Shown here: positions 46,745 to 60,757 of the stretch, in pieces
Position numbering within the stretch: position 1 is the first letter of the stretch
How the letters are laid out: each line of letters opens with the position of its first letter
NCBI GenBank assembly: GCA_043228905.1
Contig: JBHGNT010000010.1
Coordinates: 2,666,001 to 2,730,000 of the forward strand
Direction of reading: 5' to 3'
Length of the DNA: 64,000 nucleotides
DNA from: Azolla caroliniana
Taxonomy: Eukaryota > Plantae > Polypodiophyta
Notes under the pieces: generated by a model
Databases searched by the model: none
What the model saw: the letters and a program-made list of their open reading frames with translations, nothing else
Told to the model about the DNA's origin: nothing
Made by a program: the position numbers and the translations under genes

Positions 46745-48798
46745 GGTATGACTGAGAGTCCAATGTATCCTAGCACATGCAAAATTGTCGAAGATCTATT
46801 GGGCTGAGGTGCTAATGATAGCCGTTTATGTGATAAACAGGTCTCCCTCGGTCCCACTGGAAGGTGACATACCACAAAGGGTATGGTATCGCAAAGAGGT
46901 GTCATATCGGCATCTAAGAGTGTTTGGCTGCCTGACCTATGTGCATATAGCTAAGGACCAGAGGGGTAAACTCGATCCGAAGAGCCGACCGTGCTTATTT
47001 CTTAGCTATGGCGAAGATGAATTCGGCTATCGGCCATGGGACCTAATCGACAAGAAAGTGATTAGGAGCCGAGATATCGTCTTCATGGAAGAGAAGATGA
47101 TAGCCGATTGGAAGATCGAAAATAGATCTTCATGTACCGATTTGATCTGAGTTGATGATCGTCCGAATCAAATGTCGATCGAATCGACTGAAATCGGATA
47201 TGAACTAGTTAGCTGAATTGATAATTGACAAAATCGAGAACTGACGGAGGAACAAGGGGAACCAAATACAACTCAGCCGAAGAAATCGAAGAGGAATCAA
47301 CTATGCCGAAGATATCCCTTGAGAGAGAGAAGGCCCCCCCAGAGATTTCTGAACAGCGAGTACGTGTTGTTAACCGATGAGGGGGGGTTAGACAGCTTTG
47401 AGGAAGCAAAGAGAGATACCCACAACTCAGAGTGATTGAGTGTCATGCAAGACGAGATGGAATCCTTGCATGAGAACCACACATACGAATTGACCAAGTT
47501 GCCAAAAGGGAAGAAGGCACTTCAGAATAAGTGGGTATACAAATTGAAGCTTGGAGAAAGCGGGAATCCATCCAGGTATAAAGCTTGAATTGCAGTGAAA
47601 GGCTTTCAACAAAAGAAGGGTATCAATTTTGATGAAATATCTGCCTTGGTCGTGGAGATGACGTCGATTCGAGCAATGCTTAGCACAACGGCCAACATGA
47701 ATCTCGAAGTCGAGTAGCTAGATGTCAAGACTGCCTTCCTTCATGGAGATTGGAGGAAGAGATTTACATGCAGCAGCCAAAGGGATTCATGGAGAAAGGT
47801 AAAGAAAACTTGGTATGCTGATTGACAAAGAGCTTGTATGGGCTGAAGCAGGCACCTCGACAATGGTCCCGAAAATTCGAATCCTTCATGGTGGATCACG
47901 ACAAAAGCGGATCATTGTATCTTTGTCAAGAAATATGATGGAGGAGATTTTCTCATCCTCCTGTTGTAGGTTGACGACATGCTAATTGTGGGACAAGACC
48001 TGAAGAAAATCGGATGTTTGAAGAAGGCCCTGAACATGTTATTCTCAATGAAGGACATGGGTCTAACAGAGCAAATTCTGGGTATGCACATTGTTGGAGA
48101 TTGGACAACAAGATTGTTGTGGTTGTCACAAGAGAAATACGTTGGATATGTTGTCGGTGTAGTCAGCCGATATATGAGAAGTCCTAGAAGAGGGCATTGG
48201 GCAACGGACAACAGGCTACTTTGGTACCTGAGAGGTTGATGGAATGTATGCGCGGAAGTAAGTATGGACCTATAGGTTATGTGCTCGGCAAACAACTAAA
48301 GAATATGACAGAAGAAAAGGATAGAAATGTAAGCACAATTTCAGATCTAATGGAAACTTTCGTTATTCAATGTTCTCTCTCTCTCAGGGACTCAAGATAC
48401 AAGAAGTCTTTTTTTTACAATGTTAGGTTATTGCTTATATATTAAGCCCTAACTCTTTAGACGGGTTCACACTAGGATACAAGGTGGAAGGGGTTGGTTT
48501 TTTATGGCAACAAACTCCCTTGTAAAAGGACTACTCATTCCTACATGTACAAGTGATTGGGGTTATCTCCCTTGTAAACCTAGATTACAAAATTAATCTA
48601 AAATTATATTACAAGTCAGTCGGCATAAAGCCGAGTTGGTAAGGGTAAAATTGGTGTTTAACCTAGTTCAGCTAGTCTCAAGGTTAGGCTGGTTCAAGCC
48701 GGTCAAATCAACCTATCCGAATCATTTTTCGTTCGAATTGGTCTGAATATTGAAGTTGGCTTGTGTCCGATTCTCGACTTCAGCCACCATAGGTGAAT

Positions 48799-51100
48799 TG
48801 TTACCCGTAGGAGTTGTACGGGGTGGTATAAGGGTCAAACACGTTAGAGGGGTTGTTCGGTATGTGTAATGTATATGAGTGTGAAGATGAGTATGTGTAA
48901 GCACATGCACAATTATGTGCATGTGACAAGAGTGTAACGGTCTCTTTTGTAACGGTCATTATTAACCATTAAATTTTGTATTATATAAACCCCTTATGGG
49001 GCATGTAATGAATAGGCATTTTTCCCTCTCATTTTGGTGTCTTTGTGTATTTGTGTTTCTCTCTAGCTCTCTCTTTATTGTAACCCCCTTGGGAGGGGGG
49101 TAAAGCCATTCTAGGTTTCACCCCCCACCCCGACAACACTTTTGGCTCGCATGGTGGGACGACCCTCCTTTGAGAAGAAGTCTCACTCTCCCTCACGCTC
49201 CCCTTCCATCACTAATCTCTCTGTGTCACAGCCAATCTGAGATGAAAATGTTGATTTACATCTTCAACTCTCTACACGTTTGTGTGTTTGCTTGTGCTTG
49301 TGATGTGTGTGTTGTGTCTCTCTTGTTCCCCTCATGCTCATCGGTTGGTTTCTATGTATGCTATGAAAACCCTAAATCCTCATAGAAGTGGAAGAAGAAG
49401 AAGAACGTGAGCGTGGAGACCATTAGGTATGCGGCTTCTTCAACAATGGCAATACGAAGCTGTGGAAATGGGAGGGCAAGATGGCTTCCATGGTAGCTCC
49501 TATGCGTCAAGAGCTCTGCAGCTAAGCTCAACTTCTAGATCATGAAATTCATGTCTCTACAAAGATTCAAAAGAACATAAACGAGCATCAACGGGCTCAG
49601 CTTCCGACAATCAATCCCTTGAGTGAAGGGTTGAGTGAAGAAGATGGAGAAAAGGAGGATATGGAAGAGGACAGACAATCATCAGCAGCCAGCTTCTGAC
49701 GAGGACCACCAGACACAAAGGCGGGTTCGGACAGAGACAACCAACGTCCGACAGCCGACAAAGACAGCCCACGGAGAGACGGCTATGGACAACCTATGAA
49801 CCAGGATGGCCACAGACAGACAACATTCAGGAGAAGAAGATGATCATCACCACGGCCACCACAGAAGATAGAGGGTATGACAGAAGCAGAGAAGAAAAGA
49901 GGAAGAAAGAAGAAGAAAACGAAGAAGAAGAAGACAAAGATGCACATAGAAAGCAAGAAGAAAGAAGAAAAGCCAAAAGAGGAAAAGCAAAAGAGCCAAC
50001 CAAAGAGATGGCCGGGTACACGAGAGACTCGGCCGAGCACAAAGGCGTGGAGATGTTCGATGCCGCTAGAGACGCGCGACCAAGAGCATGGTAGAGACGC
50101 GTGGCCGAAATCATGACCAAGACACGTGGCCAAAATGCACGGCCGAGACGTGTGGTCGAAGCGAAGCACGGTCGAGATGCGTGGCCGAAACGCACGGACT
50201 AGAATATGGCCGAGAAGTACAACCAAGACGCGTGGCTGAGAGCACCGCCGAGATGCGTGGCTGAGAAGCACGATCGAGACTCGCACCTGAGAGTACGGCC
50301 TAGATACACGACCAAGAGTATGGCCGAGTGACAACCGTGAAGACAGCCAAGCAAAAGACGAAGAGCAAATAAGAAAGAGAAGAGGCGTATGATGAGAACA
50401 TTTCAAAAATTGGAGGGCAAAATGCAGAATTTCAAAATTTTAAGGGCCGAAAATAAAATTTGGAAAAGAAAGAAAGAAAGAAAAAACTTGAGGGTAAAAA
50501 TTTTCGAGACCAAGGGTACAAAATACAAAACTCAATTCACATGACGAAATTGAAAAATACACATACATGTAACAAAATCATGAAAGACCCGTGCCGCAAT
50601 GGATGAGCCAATTGGTGTGTGATCCAATTGAGTGACATGTTGACCAAACGAGAAGGTTCGAGTCAAGCAATGCTCCAATCGAAGTTATCGATTGTAGAGC
50701 TATGATCCGGTCGATGGATTTCCGACTGTTGAGACGACCGATAGAGTTCCGGTCGAGAAGAGTTTCCATGGCGAGTGGGTTCACCGTGCAATGCACTGTC
50801 CCACATGCGTGCCATGTGTTACCCGTAGGAGTTGTACGGGGCGGTATAAGGGTAAAACACGTTAGAGGGGTTGTATGGGTATGTGTGACAAGAGTGTAAC
50901 GGTCTCTTTCGTAACAGTCATTATTTACCGTTACATTTTGTATTATATAAACCCCTTATGGGGCATGTAATGAATAGGCATTTTTCCCTCTCATTTTGGT
51001 GTCTTTGTGTATTTGTGTTTCTCTCTAGCTCTCTCTTTATTGTAACCCCCTTGGGAGGGGGGTGAAGCCATTCTAGGTTTCAACCCCCACCCCGACAACA
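48799..51100 (+). mobile_element. Element K: 2.3-kb non-autonomous LTR element
   Basis: LTRs 48799-49138 and 50817-51100 (the latter 56 bp shorter); TSD TGAAT; PBS-like TGGCTCGCATGGTGGGAC 49143-49160; no recognisable coding region. Confidence 0.92.
50020..50335 (+). repeat. Degenerate ~20-bp tandem repeats inside K
   Basis: Recurrent GAGACGCGTGGCCGA / GCACGGCCGAG units. Confidence 0.7.
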
Positions 51101-53580
51101 TGAATATGTAACCTGATGTCGACTTCCAATTATCCCAATTCCCGGCGTAGTTGGAGTCAGTGTAGCCCTCGACTTCGGTTGAGTTTGCCGATTTGAAAAT
51201 CAGTTGTGCATCTTTGGTTCCTTTTATGTACCTGAAAATGTGTTTGACAGCTGATTTCCATTTCGGCTTGATTGCTCCTGCAATCAGCATGTCGTCGACA
51301 TATAGGATCAGATAAATCCGGGACTCTTTGGCCAATTACCGAGTCAGACCGGTTGTAGCCAAGTTGTCAGATGTAGGAATCGAACTTTTGGTACCAGATC
51401 CTCGGTGCTTGTTTTAGCCGTATAGGCTTTTCTTCAATCGACATACGAGGTGACTTTCCTCCCCCGTCACCGAGAACCCTATTGGTTGGGATATGTAAAT
51501 GTCCTCTGCCAAGTATCCGTGTAGGAATGTCATCTTTACGTCAAGTTGCTCAAGCTCTAGGTCCTCTACCGCCACGACCCCGAGTAGGAGCCGAAGGGTG
51601 GTCATCTTGACTACTGGAGAGAATATCTCGTTGTAGTCGACCATGTGTTCTTGTTTGAATCCCTTCGCAATGAGCTAAGCTTTGTACTTGGGTTTCTCTG
51701 AGTCAGATACATATTTGTATCGGAATACCCATTTGCAAGGTAGCTGCTTTATTCCAGTTGGTAGTTCAACCAACCCCCATGTATTGTTCTCTTTGGTCGA
51801 GTCCATCTCGGATCTCATGGCTTGCAACCATGTTTGGGCATCAGATGTGGCTATAGCTTCTTCGTATGTGCTTGGTTCGCATGCATCTATGTAGTTGACG
51901 TAGTCGAAGCCTGGTTGATAGAACTCTGTTGGCCGATTGGCATTTGTTGAACCACATATGTCAGGAGTCCTTTCGGATGACTCGACCCTATGATAGGATT
52001 TCGGTGATGTCACCGCATTCTCCCATGCTTCGGGATTGAGAGACTTAGTTGACTCGGATCTGGTTTTCCCTTTGACCTTGGGTGTCTCGGTCGAGTCGAC
52101 TTTGTTTCCGACTCGCATCTTGTCGATTGTGCCTTTTTCGACTCTTGTCGATTCGACTTTGTCTTTGATGGTTTTGCCTTCGAGTTCGAGTAGTGAACCC
52201 CCTACTGATTCGGAGTTGGCAGGTGTATTGTTGGCTTGGTCGAGTTCGATTGTTTGATGAATCTCCGATTCGGTCCAGTGGGTTGGTCTTTCTACGACTT
52301 CTCTGTCGATTTCGAAAGAGACCTTTTTGACCTCTAATTTTTGTTGGTTCCGCTCAGAGAGGATAGAGACTTCATTGAAGACCAGGTCACTACTTCAGAT
52401 CAATTTCCAATTCTCCGGGTCCCAAAGGCGATAGCCGAAATCCCCATCGGTTCCATAACCGAGAAACATGCATTTTGTTGCATGGGGTGCAACCTTGGTC
52501 CTTTTCTCCCTAGGGATAAATGCATAAGCTTTGCATCCAAAAATTCGAAGCCTTTCGTAGGTCAGTTGTTTGCTTGACCATAGTACTTGTGGCACTTCAA
52601 GCCTGATTGCTTTTGACGATGATAGATTTATCAAATATACTGCCATTTGCAATGCTCCAGCTCAGAACTCTAGCTTCAATACGGCTTGCTAGAGCATTTC
52701 CATCACCCTCTCTTGGATCATTCGGTTGATCTGTTCGGCCACTCCATTCTACATGGGTGTGTATGGAACGGTCTTTTGATGTCGAATCCCTTTGTCAAAC
52801 AGGTACTACTTGAAGGCTTGGGAGGTATAGGAGCCTCCATTGTCGGAATGAAGTGTCTTCACTCTGTGTCGTGACTGGTTCTCCGTTTTGATTAACCATC
52901 GAGTGAAGATCACAAGCGCTTCGTATTTTGACCTAATCCAATAGTCCCAGACCTTTTGTGTACAATCATCGATGAACGCAATGAAGTACCGGAAGCCACC
53001 TCGAGATCTTTCGGGGATCGGCCCACATATATCTTTGTGAACGAGCTCTAGGGGGGTTGATGTACCATCTCATAATGAAGAGAGTATGGACTACAATCCT
53101 GTTTCCCGTATCAACAATGCTCGTAGAAGTCCGTCTTTGCTTGAAGTTTTGGGATGTAGCCGACCTCCATAAGCCGATCGAGTCCGTCTTGAGACATATG
53201 GTCGAGTCAGTCATGCCATAAGTTCAACTTGGTCTTTTCGTCTATGTTCATGAGCCCTTCTGGATTGATCGCCATCACTGTGTACAAGTTGTTGTACTTG
53301 TGCCCGATTTCAAACCTTAGATTTCCTCGGTTGATCATCCATACCGACTCATTTAGAGTCATTCGATACTTGTCTTCGGCTAACATGCCGATGGAGACCA
53401 TACTCCTTTTCAGATCGAGTATTTGCCGAACTTGGTGCAAGGTGATCATGTTGCCATTCGGTAGTCGGATGGGGACCTCTACAATCCCTGTGATTACGCA
53501 CTCCTACCCATTTCCGAGTTGGATCGTGCCACTAGCGTCGGCCGAATAGTTCAAAAACCATTCGATGTTCGGGGTTACGT

Positions 53581-54439
53581 TGTCATGGATATCTGCAGGT
53601 TTGTGTTGAAACGGGGTAGGATCATCGGGGTCTCAAACCAAGGAGCCGATGAGAGAAGAGAGTTTATCCGGAGTGGTGTCAGATCCTTCTCGAATAACTT
53701 CGCCGGATGCGTACCCGATCCGGATCGAACCCCCGATTCTGGACGGTGAGTGCACGAGCTCGAGGAAGTAAACAATTCCGGACCGGTTGCCGGATGGCAA
53801 CGACGAGCTCACGGGCTCACCCACTCGGACACGTAAACTCAATAGGAGTAGAGCAGATACAAGAACACGAGGAAACACAAACACAAGGAGAGACTCAACG
53901 AACTAATGATTATAAGAGAAAATAGGAAAGATTACAACCAGACGCGGCTGGCAAAGAGCTTCGAGCTTGCTACACACACGCGCGCGCAAACACTAGCAAG
54001 CCTCCTATCGAGAGCACACAGGCTACTAGCGTGAAATAGGGGCTTCGCAACATGACCACAAGGAAAACCGGAAACTGAGTATAGGAGGGAAGCCTGTAGA
54101 GTGTGGTTCGGCAACACTTCGTTCTCCAATTGATGGATCCCTTCTTAGTCTTCTATCCCCTCCTTTTATAGCTTGAGGAGGGTGAGACCGTTACATCCGT
54201 TGTAAAGAGAACCGTTTTTCACTCAAATTCTCTCCTCGATTCTCTCACATCATATCTCTAATTCCTCTCTATACGTGTGGGGTGTAAAGCACTTTATTAA
54301 ATCACTCTACCTAGTATTCAACGCACATAAGTATTTACACATGTTTGTACATAAAGACTAGTTCGTGTGCATCCTTGCACACCCCCATTCTTGCGCTCTC
54401 TGACCCCTTTTCTCCTAGTAACTGGAATTCCCCATGACA
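53581..54439 (-). mobile_element. Solo LTR M (859 bp) in the protease region of L
   Basis: TGTCATGG...CCATGACA; TSD ACGT/ACAT; shares CACTTCGT and CCTTTTATAG motifs with A/B/D LTRs. Confidence 0.85.
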
Positions 54440-55073
54440 ACATGCAATGTGGTTTTGGAGTCTAGCAACCACATGTGCGCGTCTTGCGCACTGTAGAGGA
54501 CTTCTCCGATCAGAGAAGTACTCTAATGAGAGGATTTATCCCGGGTGTCGATAACATTGATTTGGTTTCCGACTAGGGAGTGATTCAAGTCGGATCTCCA
54601 ATCACTCTCTTTCATCTTGATCAACAAGCAGTCAGAAACATTGTGACCGCTTTTCTGCAATGGGTGCAGAATTCGCCTGATCGACTCGTTCTCGACTTCG
54701 ACCGCTATCGGTCCCCCCTCATTTTTTATCGACTATGATTTTGACTGATTCTATCGGCTTGTTCTCTCAATTGACTCAGTCGAGTGGTGGATTGTTAGGA
54801 ATAGTACTAAGACAGAGAGGGAATTAGTACTAGAGATGAGGATTAGTACTAAGAGGGAAGGAAGGTGTAGAACTATCTAGAGAAGGAAAGAGAGAGAAAG
54901 AAAGAAAGAAAGAAAGATATATTAACGTCTTCTAAGGCCAAATTTGGCCCATGAGACAAATAGGTTACAACAAAAAATGAGTGTTTATCCAATCATCAAA
55001 ACTAAAAATAAAAGAAAATAGCTTAAGCTAAGAAAGTTCTAGTAGTGTACAAAACTTTGCACCAAGCCTAATC

Positions 55074-58000
55074 TCATTTCCACCCAAGTCTCTCAAAAAG
55101 AAGTGGGAGGTCAAAAGTTTTTGGTGTGGGTGTGACCCATGGTCCCGATGCATAGAGTGCCCTAGCCATGGCTTCTAGGCGGTGTAGTTCACGTTCCCTT
55201 ATTTTCTTTATTGCTTCTACATCTCGTCGAGTTGCTTTGAAACCCGACATCCGAGGGCGTTTGGTTCTTCTTTGATTTTCTGCTTCATCAAGGAGAAGTC
55301 CGAGTGGTGCAGGTGTGTCGACATTCATTGTCTCCCCCTGTTCCTGAAAAACTTCATTTGTTATATGTTGGTAAACATTAGCAACATTATTATCAACGTT
55401 TTGTAATTTGTTCTCTCTGTGGTGTTTCAATTCTAAGATGTATCTACCTAATTTCTTTATATCTAGTGTATCTAATAGTTTAGGGAGGGTGGGAGAGGAA
55501 CCAAGTATGTCTTGGTATTTTGCCCTTATCTCGGCATAGGTGGGGCATTTGCATGTAAAATGGTACTCATCCTCTATCTCTATGTGGCATAACCTACATA
55601 TCCTTTCCTCCCTAGGGACTCCATTAGTACGTCCATTCTCAATCTCAAGTTGGTGAGATGATATTCTAAGTTGACCAATGGCAACCCTTAGTGCATGTGG
55701 TAAGAATACATCTAGATATTTTGGGCGCGTGATAAAACCTAACTCAGAGAAGTGCATAAAGTGTTCCTTATAGTACGACATTTTAGATGGGAGTGGCTCT
55801 AGTGGGGTGATCCATTTATACTGGGTATAAATTTGCCATATTTCTTGGCGTATTACTTTATTACGGTCCTCATGAGAGAGTAAAGTGTTATCATTCGTGT
55901 TGTCATACTTAAGGGGGGGGAGGTTAGTAATGTCTAGACCGTTGGCAAGAAGCCAACTCACCATCATGCCATACCATGAGCTAGTATAGCCGGACTCATA
56001 CAATGCTCGAGAAGCCTTAAAGGCTTGGTGGGATATTCTATCAAGTGGTTGGTTATGTATCCTGTGTATAAAGACTACCAGTTGAAAAAGTGCTTCTACT
56101 AACATAGGGGGTAGAGTGAACTCAGCCCTAATAATGTCATGTGGGACCGACGATTTGCTTCGGAGTTGGCGTGATAACATCATCACCAATGGTCTCTCTA
56201 ATTGCGTCCACATGAAAGATGGTAGTCCTGGGGCCCAAACCGCTGATGCATACATGAGAGAGGGAGTCACTAATGAGTCAAAGAGCCACCCTTTAGTTCG
56301 TGGCTCTTGGAAGTATGCTTGGTGGCATTGTCTCTCGAGGAGTGAGAGGGATGCATGTCCTCTTGTAAGTCTATCCTTCGCTGCTTGTGTCATCGAAAAT
56401 TTACCTGAGCGGGCACTGAAAGTGACTCCGAGATAGACATATGATCCAACCACCTCAACTGGGCTATGGGAGATAGTTAGGTGACACTTAGCTCTAACTT
56501 GGGCCGACGTGTGGAAGATAAGGACTTTAGTTTTCCCTAGATTCACTACCAATCCTCGTTGTGTGCAAAAGTCATCTAAGGCATTAAGGTGCCTTTGTAG
56601 GTCGTGTTCGGATTCAGAGAGCAAAACTATGTCATCTGCATAGAGCAAGATACGCACCTGCGTATCTCCAAGGACTACTCCATTGCCTCCCTTACGAGCA
56701 ATAAAATCTGTGATCTCATCAATGTAGATCCCAAAAAGAGTCGGAGATAAGGGGCAACCTTGTTTTACACCAATAGTGCTAGTGAAACTATCAGATATGC
56801 CGCCTGGGCATCAAACACACCCGGACACTTCTTCATATAGTGCGTAGATGGCCCAAACCATGTCATCTGGTATCCTCAAGCTCTTAAGCCTATCAAACAA
56901 CCGCTCTCTAGGGACCGTGTCAAAGGCTTTGCGGAAGTCCACAAAACAACAATATAGTTTCTTCTTGCGAGCCTTAGTCTGGTCAATTAAGCATCTAAGT
57001 GTGAAGATATGGTCAATAGTGGAGAAGGCTTGTCTAAAGCCGGCCTGTTCAGGTGCACGAAGATTTAAGGTCTCCATATACTCGCTAAGCTCTGCCTCCA
57101 TTACTGCACCATATAATTTAGCAAGGGTATGACCTATCATAATGGTCCTATAAGTATTTGGGTCCATGGGGTCCCCCCCCTTATGTATGGGGGCCATTGT
57201 GTTCATGGTCCATTGTGATGGAAAACCCTCTGCAAGGGCACGATTGAAGATTAGAGTTAGTAAGGGAGCTAGGCACTCTCTCGCGTATATGATGTGTTCT
57301 GCTCGCAATCCTATGTGGTCCATGGACTTCCTATGTTGTAATTTCTTTATGACCTTCGTGACCCTAGAGGTCGTGAAGAGTGTCCCCACAGTAGGTCGGG
57401 GTGTGGAAGGCATTGGAATGGGTGGTTGGTTTGGGATGTGGTAAAGCCTCTCTGTATAAGTGTGCCAAGTTTCGGGATCTTCGATGGGTGTTTGTGGTCT
57501 TGGTTCCCGTAATCTCTTCCATGCAGTGGCACAATCGTTACTCATGAGCATGTGGTAGAGTTCCCAATATTGGGATGCCTCCCATGCTCGTCTCTTACGA
57601 CGTTGTCGAGGTATTCCTCGCGGATGCGTGGGGTGAGGCGGGACCTCGGGGGTCCTGTACCGAAGAGTAAGAGAGAGGGAGAGAGAGAGAGACCCACTAC
57701 GTGCGAGCGTAGATTCACAGGGACACGGCCCTTCGACGCAAAGACGCGAGTGGGACAGCGACACAGAAAGACACGAAAGTATGTATGTATTGACAAGACA
57801 AACAACAAGAACACGAAGTCGGTTACAACCGAACAGGCCGGCGGACAGATGCTGATGCCTGTTCGTAAACGCACAGAAAGACAGGAACAGGTTGGAGGTG
57901 CTGCCGGAAGCACTCGGGCATTCCTCAGAGCAGCGCGAGCCTCCCGAAACCTGCACAGCAGGAAGCTATGGCGTTTGCAACCAGAAAGAGCGAGAAAGAG

Positions 58001-59458
58001 AGAGAGAGAGAAGCCTTCGCACGCAAACCGACAGCACTTCGTCCTCGACTCTCCGCGATGCCCACTACCCTACTCGTCTCCCTCCTTTTATAGGCAAGGA
58101 AGGAGCCGTTTCCCCTTTACTCCCTACCTACCGATTCTACCTAGGATCTCCTATGTCCAACTTAAGGCGCACGTGCATGAAGAGTCGGTTTCCACGCTCC
58201 GGTGCACCGATTCCACTCGTGGACGGTTTTCTTCACGACAACGTGTCATCTTGCGCATTTCTTTACGAGCTTGTACTGAGGTAATACTACCACTGAGTTG
58301 CGATATTGTAAGTTGTCGATGTAAGCACCTACAATCCTCATCATACCATCTATTTTGTGGCATAGATCCTACTTTACCTTGATTGGAGTGTTTCGTGTAT
58401 GGGAAGCTGCTAACCGCTGTAGAATGAAGTATGTGTGTGAGTTTCGTATTAAGGCTCTCTAAAGGTAGGGAGGGATCAAGGGAGGAGAGATGGGCTTGAA
58501 CATGTCGAGCATATATGTCAGAGAGCTCATGTGTGAAATGTATTGTGATGTCATGGCGTGGTTGACTAGAGTTGGTGACGTTAGAGATATCGCATTTTAT
58601 CTCGAAGTATAAGAAACTATGGTCCGCGCCAATAGGACATGGGGCCACTCGGAAGGAGTTAATCATGTGGGTGGCTTCAGGGCGTCCTATTAGATAATCG
58701 ACTGTGCTTTCCCCTCCTCCATGTGGGAAACATGTGAGCTCTTCCGAACCTGGCCACTTGGCTAAACCATTATATATGACCATCTGGTGCCGACTACCGA
58801 GTTCGAGCAAATGATGGCCAAAGCTCGTGGCGTCTGCACCTTGATCCTTTGATTTACGTGTGGTGTCTATGTCTGAAGGATCGACATTTACCATTTCTAG
58901 GTTTCTATTCATTTGAAATATTGTGCATTGTCGGGATTGGGTTCTCGCATTAAAGTCTCCTACAAGGAATACTTCGCCTTGGGAAGAATATCGGATTATG
59001 TCATCCGATAGAGGTTCATATGGGGAAGGCCCATGTGGCACTCCGTCATCAACTAATCTCGCCTCGCCAGCCAGATTATAACGAGAGCCTTTTGGGGGGA
59101 AGTAACAAATGGCGAAAATTACTGCCTTGTCCTTGCTTGTGGAGACTTTCACCCACATAAAACGAGCTTCTGGGTTTGTGCTCAGTATTTCTATCCTATT
59201 ATGTAGCTCCCTCCGAAACAATATTGCGACACCTCCAGATCCCCTGGTAGTGCATCGACGTGAGGTTTGTCTAAAAGCCGACTCCCAACGAAATCCTTCG
59301 ACTCGTGGGAGTCCCCTATTTGGGCTTTGGTGTGTTTCTACTAGGCAAACTATATCTGATTCCTTTAATATCCCCTCTAGGCAGCCGGGGTGTGTCCAGA
59401 GTGCGCCGTTACAATTCCATAAGGTCATCCTAAGTGTGTTTTCTGTCACATGGGCCAC
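55074..59458 (-). pseudogene. LINE ORF2: AP endonuclease, RT and C-terminal Cys/His motif (~1247 aa after removing B2; one in-frame TGA at 56811-56813)
   Basis: WNCNG, VETH, GDFNAR, VDY, ADH; QAGFR, VDFRKAFD, QGCPLSP, YADD; CRLC..EDEYHFTCKCP. All fragments are in one frame once B2 is removed. Confidence 0.93.
57604..58240 (-). mobile_element. Solo LTR B2 (637 bp) in LINE ORF2
   Basis: Paralogue of B1; TSD ACGT on both sides. Confidence 0.95.
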
Positions 59459-59464
59459 ACAACG

Positions 59465-60271
59465 TCAATTAGTAGTGCGATCATTTATGATCACTCGCCC
59501 ATCTCGATAAAAGGCGCGATGCCCGTCTTTGCGAGCTTGCATAACCTTTGGCATACAACTCTTGCGATGCTCAATTTGCATCTTGGTGAGGTCTTCATCG
59601 AGATAGATAGGGTCCCCACCCAATCCTCGAAGAATTGGTCTCTTCTTAAAGAAAGTGATTCTAGAGTCTAAGTCTTTAAATTGAAGAACTAAGGCTCTCT
59701 TCCTAGTTGTGTCGCGTCCGGCCCTCCAAGCTTTGGTGATAGGTAGGGTCGTTGTGTACCCTAACATTTTCCCGAGTGTTTGTGCATCCTCGTCCGGGGA
59801 TGCACCTTCCTTGAGCCCAGTGACACGCACATTTAGGCGTCGGGCCTGACGCATTTTCTCCTCTTCGAGGGTGGTATTAACAATATTTTCATCCTTTATT
59901 TCTTTTTTAATGTTTCTTTTAACGACATCTACCCAACCCGTTTTTGCTAACTCTATGTTATTTTTAACCTCCTCTTTAACTTTTTTGATCTCATCTTTTA
60001 TATCCTCTATGGAGGATATTTCACCGTCCTCTTGGGATACCTTGATGTCATTAAGTTGTTGTTTGAGGTTTGTGTTTTCCTCTTTAAGTTTTTCTATTTC
60101 GGCCTTGAGGGTGTCTTTTTCCTCTCTATCTTTTTTCTTGTGGGTTTCGGCGTCTTTCACCCATTTTTTCATATCCGTCTCTATTTTTGTTAAACGGTTA
60201 AACATATCCAAAAAGTCCTCCTTACTTATAGCCTCGTCTTGTGTATCCTTGTGTTCCTTTCGTTTAGACAT
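59465..60271 (-). CDS. LINE ORF1 (coiled coil plus RRM-like domain)
   Basis: 268 aa; heptad-rich N-terminus, RRLNVRVTGL and IYLDEDLT; ends 6 bp before the ORF2 start. Confidence 0.85.
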   Translation of the reverse strand: MSKRKEHKDTQDEAISKEDFLDMFNRLTKIETDMKKWVKDAETHKKKDREEKDTLKAEIEKLKEENTNLKQQLNDIKVSQEDGEISSIEDIKDEIKKVKEEVKNNIELAKTGWVDVVKRNIKKEIKDENIVNTTLEEEKMRQARRLNVRVTGLKEGASPDEDAQTLGKMLGYTTTLPITKAWRAGRDTTRKRALVLQFKDLDSRITFFKKRPILRGLGGDPIYLDEDLTKMQIEHRKSCMPKVMQARKDGHRAFYRDGRVIINDRTTN

Positions 60272-60757
60272 TGTAGTGTCAATAAGAAAAGAAAAGAAAG
60301 GATAAAATAAATGGGTTCGAGACTTAACCGAGTTTGTGTTATGTCGTAGTCACATTGGCATTTCGCACACGACGAGCACGCTAAAAGAACAAGGATGCGC
60401 CGCCAAGAGAAGAAACGCGACACTCGGCAACCTCAAGAAACAAGGTGGAGAAGAGCACGACAACGGCAACGGCGACTACAACGGATGATGACGAACTGCA
60501 GCAGGTCGTCCAGCACGCTGACGGCAGCAGACGGCGACGGACGTCAGCATACGGCGACGGACGTCAGCAAACGGCAGCAAACGGCGACGGACGTCAGAGG
60601 CGGCAGCGCGGCAACAAACGACAACAGCGCACGATGGGGGGGGACTGCAGCTCGGTAGCAGGCGGCGACAGACGTCGCAGATGGCAGCGACGACAGCGTG
60701 GCGCACGACCGTTGTTGCTGGCGCACGACCGTTGCAGAGAGAGAGAGAGCGACCGTT

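Larger units (their letters stand above)
40815..48281 (+). mobile_element. Element J: old Ty1/Copia internal region (INT 40815-41156 and 46745-47150, then RT to the start of RH), split by G3
   Basis: WTDNGGEY, HLRVFGC, KLDPKSRPC, SLYGLKQAPRQW and VDDMLI remnants. Confidence 0.85.
48282..54792 (-). mobile_element. Element L: decayed Ty1/Copia on the minus strand (gag knuckle ~54650 to RH ~48790; putative 3' LTR 48282-48724), hosting K and M
   Basis: RLRIFGCKAY, CKWVFRYK, EIFSPVVK, LYVDDML and STSGYIF. LTR limits are tentative because only one copy is in the window. Confidence 0.75.

Noticed and set aside
49783-50406. Hydrophobic or Lys/Glu-rich ORFs in K resembling an envelope protein
   Set aside because: Translations of GAA-rich low-complexity and tandem-repeat DNA.
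57552-58382. 276-aa plus-strand ORF, and other ORFs running through LTRs (e.g. 29460..30323, 21515..22246 N-terminus)
   Set aside because: Read-through of solo LTRs or element junctions, not genes.
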